NCBI GenBank assembly: GCA_964431965.1
Contig: CAYSLU010000004.1
Location: 3,824 to 67,823 of the forward strand
DNA: 64,000 nucleotides
Direction of reading: 5' to 3'
DNA from: an uncultured Verrucomicrobiota bacterium
GTDB lineage: Bacteria > Verrucomicrobiota > Kiritimatiellia > CAIKKV01 > CAYSLU01
This document shows, one piece after another, positions 16,651 to 26,752 of this stretch. A program made the position numbers and the translations under genes. How positions within the stretch are numbered: the stretch's first letter is position 1; each line of letters starts with the position of its first letter. The notes under the pieces are model-generated. The model made no database searches. It was not told where the DNA came from and was given only the letters and a program-made list of their open reading frames with translations.

Positions 16651-19374
16651 ATGAGCCACACTATGCGTCGCGCCTCTGCCGCCGTTCTGTCCGCCATCAG
16701 CATCTCCCTGTCGTCAGCCGCGGCGGAGAGCTCACTGCCCACCCCCCGTCTGGCGCCGGTCGCCGGCACGACGTTCCGCCTGTGCGACGGGCTCACGATC
16801 CTGGTCAACAACCCCAAGGGCTCGGCGTTCACCCTCGGGCTCGACGTGCGCGACCTGAACCTGATCGAGACCGGCCCGCGCGAGGTGCTGCTCAAGGTCT
16901 ATGATCCCGAGGGCAAGGCGCTCGTGCGCGAGGTGATCCCGGACGACGGCGTGGTCACGCCGATCGGCCAGTCGCCGACCGGCGGGTGGGATCACGAGGG
17001 CTGGTACTACCTCTACCAGAACAAGAGCGGCGCCCCGCCCATGCTCCGGTGGTCTGGCCGGGCCGCGCCCGATCGCCTCGCCGCAACCCCGGCGCGCATG
17101 CTCGAGCGGAGCATCCCCGCGGGCAAGCCCGGCGCGTATCGCATCGTGGTGGTCGGCACGCGCGACCATGTCGCGTCGATCCGGATCGACCCCGCCCTCT
17201 CGTGGGCCGTCGCCGGGAACCCCTTCTTCCTCCACCCGGCGGGCGATCTGCTCAAGAAGAGCTTCATCTACGTGCCGCGCGGGACGCTGGGACTCAGCCT
17301 GGCTTTCATCGAGTACGACCGCCCGCGCACGCGCACATACTCCCTCCGCGACGCCTCAGGCGCGGTCATCTGCTCCGGCCTGGCCACCTCCGGCGTCTCG
17401 TTCGCCGAGGCCAAGCCCGCCACCTCGAACGCCTGGGACGACCAGGTGTTTACGTTCGAAGTCGGCGACGGCCCCGGCGAGTACATGGTGCAGTGCGCGC
17501 TGCTGTCGGCCAAGCCCCCGCCCCCGACGCGATCGGCGCAGGCCGCGGTCCAGGCTTTCTTTGCGCCGGACAAGGCGACCGCCGCGGCGCTGAAAGGCGG
17601 CGTCATCTGGGCCGACGGCCAGCGCTTCTACCTGCCCCAGCAGGTTCGCCTCCACCAGTGGCTGAAGACCATCGCCACGAATGACTTCGAGGTGCGGAAC
17701 GCCGACGGAAAGCCCGCGAAGCTGGTCAAGATCACCCCGAGGGACTGTTCCACGAGCCCCGCCTACGACATCACCCCCAACACGAACGCGGCCTTCCGGC
17801 CACTCAACGGCCCGCACGAGCCGGCCCCGATCTCGGATACGATCATGTTCAGCTACGGCCTGCACAAGAACCCGCAGGCACTCAACGTGGCCATCCGCGA
17901 CGTCGCGCAGGGCCTGCGCCTGATGGGTCCCGGCGACTTCCCCGTCAGCACGACGTGGAAGGGCATGGACAACATCGCCTACCGCTTCGGGACCTACGGC
18001 TGGCACTGGTGGCGGCCGGGCTGGCGCATCCTGCAGCAGTCGGACGCACCCGCCGAGGTGAAGGACATGCTGCGCGAATCGTTCGTCAACGCGGCCGACC
18101 GGCTCGCGTTCGTGCACAACGCGGAGCGGGTCAACGGAAACGCTTTCGCCACCGTCGTCTGCGGCCTGCGATATGCGGTGGAGGGCACCGGTGATCCGCT
18201 CGTTCGCGAGCTGTTCGAGACCTTCTACCAGCGCTTCACGACCGGCGGCTGGGGGCCGCGCGTCGGGCTGGGGCCGACGGGCCTGATCCAGGAGGAGTTC
18301 GCCTACGAGAACCACTACGGCTCGTACGCGGTGGAGACGTGGGGCGCGGTGGCGGCGGACCTGAAGGACGAGCGGTTCATCCGCGCGCGCGACGGCATGC
18401 TGAACGTCTTCAGCTACACGCTGAACGACGAGGTGAACGCGAATCCCTTCAACGCCCGCACCGCCCACGGTCCGGCGTTCAAGCCCGAGAAGGAAGGCCG
18501 CTTCGCGTGGAAGGGCTATCCGGGGCCCGATCTGACCGAGAGCATCAACGGAGCGAACGAGTTCTTCGCCGCCCGCCGGAAGGGGTACTACATGCTCACG
18601 TACCACGGCCGGATGACCCCGAAGTGGCAGAACGACAGCTTCATGGGCCAGATCGGCTGGAGTGGCGGCACGATCTGCCAGCTCGTCGTCCCCGGCAAGG
18701 GAACCGTTCTCGCCGGAACGCTGGACGCGCCCGGCTACGGGAAGAACATGCACCCGTCCCAGTGGCGCACGTTCCGCATCCACTCGCTGGTCGGACAGAC
18801 CGCCGACGGCAAGCCGCTGGTCTCGTCGGACAGCGAGCACCTCGACGCGACCCTGAAGGGGGACACCGTCACCAGCTCGGGCGAGGTTCGCGAGTCGTCG
18901 GTGGTCGCCACGCGCTCCTACACGTACAACGCGGATTGCGTCGTCGCCGAGGTGAGCCTGCGCATGACGGCCGATGATGCGTTCCAGAGCTTTTGGTTCA
19001 AGAGCCCGTTCCGCGGCTACGTGGCCGAGGCGTGGGAGATGATCCCCTTCGTCGCCCAGCGGAGCGGACGGGCCGCTCGGGATGCGAAGGCCGAGGACAG
19101 CCGGACCAAGGTCACGGTCCTGAGCGCCGCCGGCAAGGAGCTGGGCGAGCTCGCCGCCACACCGCTCGAAGGCCAAGTCGTCGTCATCGACCGCGGCGGC
19201 TACGGCGTCCGCATCGAGCTGGAGAAGCCGGCCCCGCTCATGCGCGGCGCCGGCGACACGGTGATGATCCAGGCCATCGCCCCGAGCCCCCTCGGCCCGC
19301 GCGACCCGGACAAGGAGCCGCCCAACGCCGGCGCCGTGTCGCTCCGCTACAAGCTCGTCCCGTTCGGGGCGTGA
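16651..19374 (+). CDS. Large secreted protein of unknown function (paralog A of a two-member family in this window)
   Basis: The track ORF is 16483..19374. Start trimmed to the ATG at 16651 (MSHTMRRASAAVLSAISISLSSAAA, a signal peptide). Shares long conserved blocks with 43551..46127 (GWDHEGWYY, SFIYVPRGT, NGANEFFAARR, MHPSQWRTFRIHS, TSSGEVRESS). Divergently transcribed from DUF4838 paralog 2. Confidence 0.7.
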   Translation: MSHTMRRASAAVLSAISISLSSAAAESSLPTPRLAPVAGTTFRLCDGLTILVNNPKGSAFTLGLDVRDLNLIETGPREVLLKVYDPEGKALVREVIPDDGVVTPIGQSPTGGWDHEGWYYLYQNKSGAPPMLRWSGRAAPDRLAATPARMLERSIPAGKPGAYRIVVVGTRDHVASIRIDPALSWAVAGNPFFLHPAGDLLKKSFIYVPRGTLGLSLAFIEYDRPRTRTYSLRDASGAVICSGLATSGVSFAEAKPATSNAWDDQVFTFEVGDGPGEYMVQCALLSAKPPPPTRSAQAAVQAFFAPDKATAAALKGGVIWADGQRFYLPQQVRLHQWLKTIATNDFEVRNADGKPAKLVKITPRDCSTSPAYDITPNTNAAFRPLNGPHEPAPISDTIMFSYGLHKNPQALNVAIRDVAQGLRLMGPGDFPVSTTWKGMDNIAYRFGTYGWHWWRPGWRILQQSDAPAEVKDMLRESFVNAADRLAFVHNAERVNGNAFATVVCGLRYAVEGTGDPLVRELFETFYQRFTTGGWGPRVGLGPTGLIQEEFAYENHYGSYAVETWGAVAADLKDERFIRARDGMLNVFSYTLNDEVNANPFNARTAHGPAFKPEKEGRFAWKGYPGPDLTESINGANEFFAARRKGYYMLTYHGRMTPKWQNDSFMGQIGWSGGTICQLVVPGKGTVLAGTLDAPGYGKNMHPSQWRTFRIHSLVGQTADGKPLVSSDSEHLDATLKGDTVTSSGEVRESSVVATRSYTYNADCVVAEVSLRMTADDAFQSFWFKSPFRGYVAEAWEMIPFVAQRSGRAARDAKAEDSRTKVTVLSAAGKELGELAATPLEGQVVVIDRGGYGVRIELEKPAPLMRGAGDTVMIQAIAPSPLGPRDPDKEPPNAGAVSLRYKLVPFGA

Positions 19375-19459
19375 AACGAGAGACAGCGCTCGCTCCGCGT
19401 GGACGCCGCCTGCCGGGCGGCGCCTGGTCCCGCCCGGCAGGCGGGACCTACTCGTTCGA

Positions 19460-21016
19460 TTATCGATACGGGAGCACGTGGAGCACGAAGTCCTGCCGCG
19501 CGGTCTCGCCGCCGGCCACGCTCGCCTCGACATGTATGGGCGCGTCGCCCGGTTCCTGCGCGGTGCCACCGAGCACCCCCGTGTCCGGGTCGATGCTCAG
19601 CCAGTCGGGCGCCTGCCTCAGCCGGTAGCGCATCCGCTTCCCGGCGGGGCCGAAGTCCGCGCAGGCCGCGTATTCGTAGCGGGCCTGGACATAGGTCTCG
19701 ATCACGGGCTGGCTGACGAAGCACAGCCCCGGTATCGCGAGCCGCCACACGTCATTCACCAGCGGCCACACCATGCCGCCAACCACCCACAGCGCGCCGG
19801 CATGCGCGTAGACCGACTGCTCGTGCCGGGGCGCCCAGACGCCGGAGGCCGAGGCAAAGGCCTCGTTGCCGCCGCCGCTGTGCCGGATCGCCGGAGGACA
19901 CTCGAGCCGCCGCCAGTCGACGCCGTCCGTTGAGTACCACGCATCGCCCAGGTTCTCCCACGTCGGCTCGGAGCGGAATCCGCCCAGCAGCCATAGCCGG
20001 TCGCGGTAGACCGCGGACGAGCCCCAGATCCGAGGGCACCAGGGCGCGTGTGGGAGCACCGGCTCCCAGTTCACGCCGTCGGCCGAGCTCCACACATCGT
20101 TCCATGCCACGAACGGATGGTAGTCGGACCCGAGCGCTCCCCCGCCGAGGAGCCACATCCGGCCGTTCAAGACCACCGGCGCGTGCGTGATCTGGCGCCC
20201 CGACCAGGCCGCGTGCGGCGTCTCGAGCGTCCAGCGAACGCCGTCGCGCGACGACCAGACGTCGTTCAGCAGCTCGCCCGGCCGCGATCCGCCCATCACC
20301 CATATCCGATCCTGGAACACGGCGCAGCCGGCCGAGCCGCGCCCGCGCCAGGGCGTCTCGGACGTGGCGACCGACCAAGTCCGGCCATCCGGCGAGGAGT
20401 ACAGCACGCCCGCGACATCCGCAACCCACATGCGGTCGCCAAAGACGAACGCGACGGGGATGTCGATCCCCCGCGGCGTCGGCACGTCGCTCTCGTGCGC
20501 CCACGCCATCCCGTCCGCCGAACTCCAGACGTCCCGGGCCATCTCAGGCGTATAGCCTCCCAGGAGCCACATCCGGTCGCGGAAGACCAGCTCGCCGGCG
20601 GAATCCCTCGGCATCCACGGCGTCGTCTCGGCCACTCGCTCCCACGCCGGAGACGCGTAGTCGCGCAGAACCCGCAGATGGAGCTCGCGCCGCGTTCGCC
20701 CGTCTGAAGCCGTCACGGTGACCACGAACGCATTCCGGCCGCAGGCCAGCTCGCGCGGCTCGCGCATGCGTCCCCCGTCGAGAGGCACGCCATCGACCGC
20801 GACTTCGGCCCGCGGATCGATGGTTTCCACTGCGAGGCGGAACGCGCGAATGCCGTTGGACACGTGAATGGGAGCGTGGAAATCCCGGGGCCGGCCTCCG
20901 AATGCCACGGGGTCGCACCCCTCGCAGCACAGGAGAACACGCGTCACTCCGGCATCCGGGGTCTCCGGAGCCCCGCCTCCCGCCGCCTTCCCCTGCCCGC
21001 CTGTACGTTTCTTCAT
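19460..21016 (-). CDS. BNR/Asp-box repeat protein with C-terminal putative Ig-like domain
   Basis: 518 aa. At least five Asp-box repeats (DVWSSADGMAW, LYSSPDGRTWS, DVWSSRDGVRWT, DVWSSADGVNWE, DAWYSTDGVDWR) alternating with WLLGG beta-propeller blades. C-terminal YRLRQAPDWLSIDPDTGVLGGT resembles dystroglycan-type/putative Ig domains. No clear signal peptide. Confidence 0.6.
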   Translation of the reverse strand: MKKRTGGQGKAAGGGAPETPDAGVTRVLLCCEGCDPVAFGGRPRDFHAPIHVSNGIRAFRLAVETIDPRAEVAVDGVPLDGGRMREPRELACGRNAFVVTVTASDGRTRRELHLRVLRDYASPAWERVAETTPWMPRDSAGELVFRDRMWLLGGYTPEMARDVWSSADGMAWAHESDVPTPRGIDIPVAFVFGDRMWVADVAGVLYSSPDGRTWSVATSETPWRGRGSAGCAVFQDRIWVMGGSRPGELLNDVWSSRDGVRWTLETPHAAWSGRQITHAPVVLNGRMWLLGGGALGSDYHPFVAWNDVWSSADGVNWEPVLPHAPWCPRIWGSSAVYRDRLWLLGGFRSEPTWENLGDAWYSTDGVDWRRLECPPAIRHSGGGNEAFASASGVWAPRHEQSVYAHAGALWVVGGMVWPLVNDVWRLAIPGLCFVSQPVIETYVQARYEYAACADFGPAGKRMRYRLRQAPDWLSIDPDTGVLGGTAQEPGDAPIHVEASVAGGETARQDFVLHVLPYR

Positions 21017-21450
21017 CGGATTATGGTCTCCTCATGTGCATGCCGTTGTCGAGGCTGCGCCGAGCCGCGTGGGTGTTGAGTCCCAGGGTCTTCTTGTTTT
21101 GGCCTGATCTCGGTCAACGGACGACACGGAGGTCGTCCCTCCATGTCCGGAACGGGCTGTTCTACGCGTCTTGGAAGGGCCGGGCTCCGTCCCGGCCGGT
21201 CCGAAAAGAGTCAAAACAAAAGACCCTGATGCTGAGTCCAGTTCGAGTCGCCGGTGCGACGGAGCACGCTTAGGCGAGGACTTCGGCGATGCCCCGGGCG
21301 TTGCGCGGCGGCGGCGATTTAGCTAACGTTTGGAGGATGCGCTGGAGGACGCTTTGCGGGCCGACGGCGTCTGCCTGCGCGGTGTTCCCGTCGGCACGCG
21401 GCCGTTCGACACATTGACCCGGCTTCACCACTGAACGAAGGCGAAACCCC

Positions 21451-23142
21451 GTGAGCACTGCGGCCAGAGGAGACACCCCCGCCGGGCGTGGAGCAAGCGG
21501 CGCTGGGCCGGCGACCTACAGCATCGGCACGTTGACCTACACGAAGATGGGCCTGGTGGCTCTCTTCTCCTGGCTGCTCTGGGGCGACTTCTGCTGGTCG
21601 CTCATGGAGGCGGTGGTGCCGAGCATCATGCCGCTCAAGCTCCGCTCGCTCGACTCGTCGAACGCCCTGATCGGCTTCATCATGAGCAGCCTGCCGGCCG
21701 TGATGAACCTGACGATCACTCCCTATCTCAGCTTCCGCAGCGACCACCATCGCGGGCCGCTCGGCCGCCGGACGCCCTTCATCCTCTACACCATCCCCTT
21801 CATCTGCCTCTCGCTGGCGCTGATCGCCTACAGCGACTCGATCGGGCGCTGGGTCAACACGGCCTTCCTCTCGGGCGATCCGGCAAGCGAGGCCAAGGTG
21901 GTCATCCTGCTGCTGGCCATCTTCGTGGCGCTGTTCGACTTCTTCAACATGTTCGTCAGCACCGTCTACTGGTACCTGTTCGCCGACGTGGTGCCCAAGG
22001 AGATGATCGGCCGGTTCATGGGCTGGTTCCGCCTGGTGGGCGTGGTCGCCGGCTTTCTCTACAACTTCTTCGTCTTCCCATACGCGATGAGCCACATGCG
22101 GGAGATCTACATCGGGGCCTCGCTGCTCTACCTGGTGGGTTTCGGCATCGTGTGCCTGCGGGTCAAGGAAGGGCAGTACCCGCCGGCTGCGGAGCAGAAG
22201 CGCGAGTCACCCTTGGCGAAGATGCGGACCTACGCGCAGGAGTGCTACCGGCTCCGATACTACTGGGACATCAACCTGATGTATGCCATCCAGGCCCTGT
22301 CCGCGTGCATGGGGGTGTTCAACATCTTCTTTCTCCAGTCGCTTGGCCTGGACCTGAAGGTGATCGGGCGCACGCACGCGCTGGCGGGGGTGGCGCTGCC
22401 CATCGCCCTGCTGTTCGCCGGCAGCCTGGTGGACCGCTGGAACGCCGTCCGGGTGAACGCCTACTTCGGCGCCGTGGGCGCCTTCACCTGCGTCGGCCAG
22501 TGGGTCTGGGCCTTCGTAACCCAGTCGCCGCCGTCGCAGCTCTGGCTCTGGATCAGCGTGGCCTCCTCGTTCTGCAGCGCCCTCGGCTCCGCCATGATGG
22601 CCGTCGTCGAGATCCCCCGACTGATCGAGCTCTTCCCCCGTGAGAAGTTCGGCCAGTTCTCGGGAGCCATCGCGCTGCTGCGCGGCCCGGCGCGCATGGT
22701 GGGCGGGTTCCTGGCCGGGCTCTTCGTCGACCTCTGGGTGCGCTTCATCTTCCCGAAAGAGACCCACGGCCTCTACGGCTACCGGTTCGAGTTCCTCTGG
22801 ACGGCGCCCCTCACGGTCCTGGCTTTCTACTTTCAGTACCGGACCTTCCGCACCTGGAAACGGCTGGGCGGCGGCGTCAACTTCGCCCCGCCGACCCAAC
22901 CCTTCCGGCTCCGCGATCTTCCGCCGCGAGCGGACGGCGACAACTACGTGCGCTGGGGCCTGGTGCTGATCCTTTCGATCGGCGCGCTGGGCGGCCTGCT
23001 CGGCAGCCTGACGTGGTGGTGGTACTACACCTTCCGGACCACCGACGCCTGGGCATCGGCGGCCTTCTCCGTGTCGTGGCTCATATACGCCGCCCTGTTC
23101 GCCGCCGGCGTCCGCTTCATCAAGTTCATGGAGCGGCCGTGA
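21451..23142 (+). CDS. MFS-type permease (glycoside-cation symporter-like)
   Basis: 563 aa with multiple hydrophobic helices (LVALFSWLLWGDFCWSLMEAVVPSIMPL, FILYTIPFICLSLALIAY, ...). GTG start at 21451 (alternative ATG at 21546). Divergent from the BNR gene across a 434-bp intergenic region. Confidence 0.7.
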   Translation: MSTAARGDTPAGRGASGAGPATYSIGTLTYTKMGLVALFSWLLWGDFCWSLMEAVVPSIMPLKLRSLDSSNALIGFIMSSLPAVMNLTITPYLSFRSDHHRGPLGRRTPFILYTIPFICLSLALIAYSDSIGRWVNTAFLSGDPASEAKVVILLLAIFVALFDFFNMFVSTVYWYLFADVVPKEMIGRFMGWFRLVGVVAGFLYNFFVFPYAMSHMREIYIGASLLYLVGFGIVCLRVKEGQYPPAAEQKRESPLAKMRTYAQECYRLRYYWDINLMYAIQALSACMGVFNIFFLQSLGLDLKVIGRTHALAGVALPIALLFAGSLVDRWNAVRVNAYFGAVGAFTCVGQWVWAFVTQSPPSQLWLWISVASSFCSALGSAMMAVVEIPRLIELFPREKFGQFSGAIALLRGPARMVGGFLAGLFVDLWVRFIFPKETHGLYGYRFEFLWTAPLTVLAFYFQYRTFRTWKRLGGGVNFAPPTQPFRLRDLPPRADGDNYVRWGLVLILSIGALGGLLGSLTWWWYYTFRTTDAWASAAFSVSWLIYAALFAAGVRFIKFMERP

Positions 23143-23414
23143 AGCCACACGAGCCATGAAGGCGACGCTCAGCACATGACCATCATTATCAGCGCCCTGC
23201 ACTTCGCCTGGAGGGGCATCGACGCGTGTTTCGCGCGAGCGAAGAACGACCTGCGGCTCGATGGCGTCGAGTTCCCGGTCCGGGAGGATCGCCGCCTCTT
23301 TGACGCCTGCGTGGGCGATCTGCGGCGGCGCTGGAAGCCGGCCCCACCCGACGGCAAGCCGGGTGGAGCGGCAACCGGGCGAGGATGATCAGAAGGCCAG
23401 AAAGGACGAATCCT

Positions 23415-24554
23415 ATGACAGCCCCCTTCCCGTCCGACCAGGACTCCCGCATCGACTCGCGCATCGCCGCGAACCTCACCCGGCTGGCCCAGGAGCTGGT
23501 CGACCAGCGCGCCGCGCGCGTGCTGGTCCGCCCGCTCGAGAACTCCGACGGCTTCTGGTTCGGCGGCGGCAACATGGTCCGGCTGGGCGACGGATCCCTC
23601 GCGGTAGTCGGGCGCCATCGCGTGGCCGGCGACTCGCGCACGGGGCTGGTGGCCGGGCAGCGGGGCGCGCAAATGGCCGTCTACCGGGCCGCGACGTTCG
23701 ACCGGCCGTTCGAGAAGATCCTCGCATTCGGCAAGCCCGCGGTCGCCCCCGCCGGAAAGGAAGTCGTCTCGATCGAGGGCACCTCGCTGCTCGTGCGGCC
23801 GGACCAGGTCGAGCTGTACGTCTCGTCGGAGAAGACCGACCTGTATCCCGACGGCATCCGGGACTACCAGAAGCCGGGGACCGGCATCTGGACGATCGAG
23901 CTGATGGAGGCGGCGGGCCTCGACGCCCTCGCCGCCGGAACCGCCCGGACCGTGCTCGCCTCGCGCGAGCCGGCCACGGTACACGTCAAAGATCCCAAGG
24001 CCTACGCCGAGCCCGACGGGAGCACGACCGTCCTCTTCTGCACGCACCCGTTCAGCTGGACCTGCAGCAACACCGCCGTCGCGGTGCGCCAGCCGGGCGC
24101 CCGTGACTTCCAGATCACCGTCCGCACGCTCCTGGAGAAGGGACTCGTATGGGATGTCGCGGCGACGCGCGTCACGGATCGCATGCCCGTCCCGCGAATC
24201 GGCCGGCTGCGCGGCCTGCCGCCGCTCTCGCTCTACTTCTACGACGGCGCCGAGTGCGTGCGGCAGCTGCCGGACAACGCGAAGGCCGTCCGGCGGCCGC
24301 GCGGCTACTCGTGCGAGGAGATCGGCGGCGTGGCGGTGGGCATCGACGCCGACTTCCCCCGGCTGCACCGGCTCTCGGTCAACGCGCCGCTCTTCATCTC
24401 GCCGTCGGGCACAGGGTGCAGCCGCTACGTCTCGACGCTCGTCGAGGCCGATGCGATCTACGCCACGTGGCAGCAGTCGCAGGACGACCGCTCGCAGCCG
24501 CTCGTCGGACACGCGCTGCCGATGGAGCAGGTCGAGCGGATACTGGCGGAGTGA
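23415..24554 (+). CDS. Hypothetical protein (possible beta-propeller glycosidase-like)
   Basis: The track ORF is 23385..24554. Start chosen at the ATG at 23415, preceded by AAAGGA. Normal amino-acid composition, in contrast to the Arg-rich antisense ORF 23169..24563. Confidence 0.45.
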   Translation: MTAPFPSDQDSRIDSRIAANLTRLAQELVDQRAARVLVRPLENSDGFWFGGGNMVRLGDGSLAVVGRHRVAGDSRTGLVAGQRGAQMAVYRAATFDRPFEKILAFGKPAVAPAGKEVVSIEGTSLLVRPDQVELYVSSEKTDLYPDGIRDYQKPGTGIWTIELMEAAGLDALAAGTARTVLASREPATVHVKDPKAYAEPDGSTTVLFCTHPFSWTCSNTAVAVRQPGARDFQITVRTLLEKGLVWDVAATRVTDRMPVPRIGRLRGLPPLSLYFYDGAECVRQLPDNAKAVRRPRGYSCEEIGGVAVGIDADFPRLHRLSVNAPLFISPSGTGCSRYVSTLVEADAIYATWQQSQDDRSQPLVGHALPMEQVERILAE

Positions 24555-24713
24555 CGCTGACACACGTGCAGCGGCACGCCGATCTGCCCGCTCGGAGCTG
24601 GGGCCTCACGGCCTCCGGCGGCGTTGACCCGCTTGCCACGGCCGTCTACCATTGGAGCAGTGAGAGGCACGCTGGGGTCCGCCTCGGTCCCCGGCGTCAG
24701 CGGGAGAAGCGGC

Positions 24714-24989
24714 ATGCGCGACGACCTGATTGCGGCGCTCCGGAAGATGCTGGTCGAGGACCTGTTCGTGGAAATCCCCGCGGACCAGATCGGCCTGGAT
24801 GACGGGCTCCGCTCGGTCGTCGGCTTGGACTCGGTCGGCTTCGTGGAGCTCCGCGTGCTCTGCGAGCGCCGCTTCAACGTGCAGATCAGCGACGACGACT
24901 ACACGCCCGAGAATTTCAGCTCCGTCCGCCTGGTGGCCGCCCTGATCGATCGCCTGCAGAGCGCGCGCCCGTCGCCGGGTCCCGGATGA
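24714..24989 (+). CDS. Acyl carrier protein
   Basis: The track ORF is 24624..24989. Start at the ATG at 24714, preceded by GGGAGAAG. Phosphopantetheine attachment motif GLDSVGFVEL in a ~90 aa acidic protein. Confidence 0.75.
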   Translation: MRDDLIAALRKMLVEDLFVEIPADQIGLDDGLRSVVGLDSVGFVELRVLCERRFNVQISDDDYTPENFSSVRLVAALIDRLQSARPSPGPG

Positions 24990-25046
24990 CGGCCGCGCCT
25001 CCCCGCAGGCGCGCGGGTGTTCGCCATCCGCCGCGGGAGCAAGACG

Positions 25047-26153
25047 ATGAGCGTTGGCGTAACGGGCATGGCGTGGACCACCGCGCTCGGCGACGACCTC
25101 GACGCCGTGTGGGTGCGACTGCTCGCCGGGGAGACCGGCCTGGCCCCGCTCCCGGCTCCCAGCCCGCTTCGCAGCGAGCTGGCCGCCTCCATCCCGTCCA
25201 TCCCGCTGGCGCTCCCGCCCTCCGAACGGCTTGTCCGCATGGCCTGCGATGCCGCCTCGCGGGCGATGTCGGCCGCCGACTGCGACCCGCGCGACCCCGG
25301 CGTCCGCCTCATTCTGGGCACCAGCCTCGGGGGCCTGATCGAGGATGACCCGCCGGCCGCGACGGCGCACGCGTGGGCCGACGCGTGCGCGCGACTCCTC
25401 GGCTTCGCCGGCCGGCCCATCGTCGTCTCGACCGCCTGCTCGGCCGGATCGGACGCCATCATGCTGGGCGGCGAGCTGATCCGCGCCGGCGTCGCCCGGT
25501 GCTGCGTATGCGGCGGCGCGGACGTGCTGACCCTCAGCAAGCGGCTGGCCCACTCGACGCTCGGCACGATGTCCGCTTCCATGCTCCGCGCGTTCGACGT
25601 CCGGCACGACGGCACGCTCCTCGGCGAGGGCGCGGGATTCCTCATCCTGGAGGCCGACGGCTCGGCCGCACGCCCGGTGGCCCGGCTGCGCGGCGCCGGC
25701 TCCAGCAGCGACGCGACGAGCATGACCGCGCCGGATGCAACGGGGGCCGCCGCGTGCCTCGCGCTGGAGCGCTCTCTGGCCGACGCCGGCGCAACGCCCG
25801 CCGACGTCGCCGTCATCAACGCTCATGCGTCGGGCACCCCGCTGAACGACGCCACGGAGCAGGCCGCCTTCAACCGCCTGTTTCCAGGGCCGGATCGGCC
25901 GATCGTGTTCGGCACGAAGGGAAATTTCGGTCACAGCCTGGGCGCCACCGGGGCGCTCGAGGCGATCGCGCTCGTCCGATCGCTCGCCACCGGCCGGGTG
26001 CCGCCGGTTGTCGGTCTCGAGCAGCCGGTCCCGGGCTTTCACCCGCCGCTGCCGCGCGGCGCGCCGGCCCAAGCCCCCGCCGGCCTGGGCTTGAGCCTCA
26101 CCCTCGGGTTCGGCGGCTTCAATACGAGCCTCGTGTTCGAGAGGTGCTCATGA
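25047..26153 (+). CDS. Beta-ketoacyl-ACP synthase (FabF/KAS II-like, short form)
   Basis: Active-site Cys block IVVSTACSAGSDAI, His blocks AVINAHASGTPLND and GTKGNFGHSLGATGALEAI. Start at the ATG at 25047 after GGGAGCAAG. Confidence 0.85.
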   Translation: MSVGVTGMAWTTALGDDLDAVWVRLLAGETGLAPLPAPSPLRSELAASIPSIPLALPPSERLVRMACDAASRAMSAADCDPRDPGVRLILGTSLGGLIEDDPPAATAHAWADACARLLGFAGRPIVVSTACSAGSDAIMLGGELIRAGVARCCVCGGADVLTLSKRLAHSTLGTMSASMLRAFDVRHDGTLLGEGAGFLILEADGSAARPVARLRGAGSSSDATSMTAPDATGAAACLALERSLADAGATPADVAVINAHASGTPLNDATEQAAFNRLFPGPDRPIVFGTKGNFGHSLGATGALEAIALVRSLATGRVPPVVGLEQPVPGFHPPLPRGAPAQAPAGLGLSLTLGFGGFNTSLVFERCS

Positions 26154-26752
26154 TCCCGCTGGCGCCATTTCCCGGGGGACTCCTCGATCTGGGCCGGGGC
26201 GAGGCGGCCGAGCGGGATCGGAGCCTGTTCGACGCCCGGCTGTCCACGGCGGTCCGCTACGCGGACCCCGCGTCCTGGGTCACGGCAACGGCGGTCGGCC
26301 GCGCGGCGCTGGGCCTGAAGGCGGAGCTCTCGGCCGCGCGCGACGGCGTCGCCGTCGTCGGGGCCAGCGAGCAGGGCGCACAGGCGACGCTCGCCGCGGT
26401 GGCCCAGGCCGCGCGCGAGGGATACTCGTCGCCTCTGCGCTACCCCGCCGCGAATCCCGGCGCCATCGTCGGCGTCGCCTGCATCGCGTTCGGCTTCCGG
26501 GGCCCCACGCTGAACCTCCTCCAGGCGCCCGAGGACGCCGCCCCCCTGGCGCTCTTCATGGCGTCGCGCTGGCTCTCCCGCGGGGCCGCGCGCTACGTGG
26601 TGGCGGCCGTATGCCGCCACTCCGGGCCGGAGCGCTGCCTGGCCCGGGCCATCGTCCTCGGCCCCCGCCTCGCGACGGAGCCGAGGGAGCCGCCAGCTTC
26701 AGATGCGGTGGCGTGGCTGGCCGGGGCCCCGCGGGAGAGCCCCGCACGATGA
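26150..26752 (+). CDS. Hypothetical protein, KS-associated (possible non-catalytic thiolase-fold partner)
   Basis: 200 aa, in the frame of track ORF 25373..26752. ATG at 26150 overlaps the KS stop (ATGA) and is preceded by GAGG. Translationally coupled on both sides. Confidence 0.4.
   Translation: MIPLAPFPGGLLDLGRGEAAERDRSLFDARLSTAVRYADPASWVTATAVGRAALGLKAELSAARDGVAVVGASEQGAQATLAAVAQAAREGYSSPLRYPAANPGAIVGVACIAFGFRGPTLNLLQAPEDAAPLALFMASRWLSRGAARYVVAAVCRHSGPERCLARAIVLGPRLATEPREPPASDAVAWLAGAPRESPAR

Noticed and set aside
17356-19569. 737-aa minus-strand ORF antisense to the large secreted protein 16651..19374
   Set aside because: Shadow ORF (R/A/G/V-rich). The plus-strand product is conserved with paralog 43551..46127.
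23169-24563. 464-aa minus-strand ORF opposite the hypothetical gene 23415..24554
   Set aside because: Extremely Arg-rich (RRRDEERRVDRE...) and no RBS. The plus-strand ORF has normal composition and an AGGA-type RBS.
24606-26072. 488-aa minus-strand ORF across the ACP/KS genes
   Set aside because: Antisense to a KS with an intact catalytic triad. Arg-rich shadow ORF.
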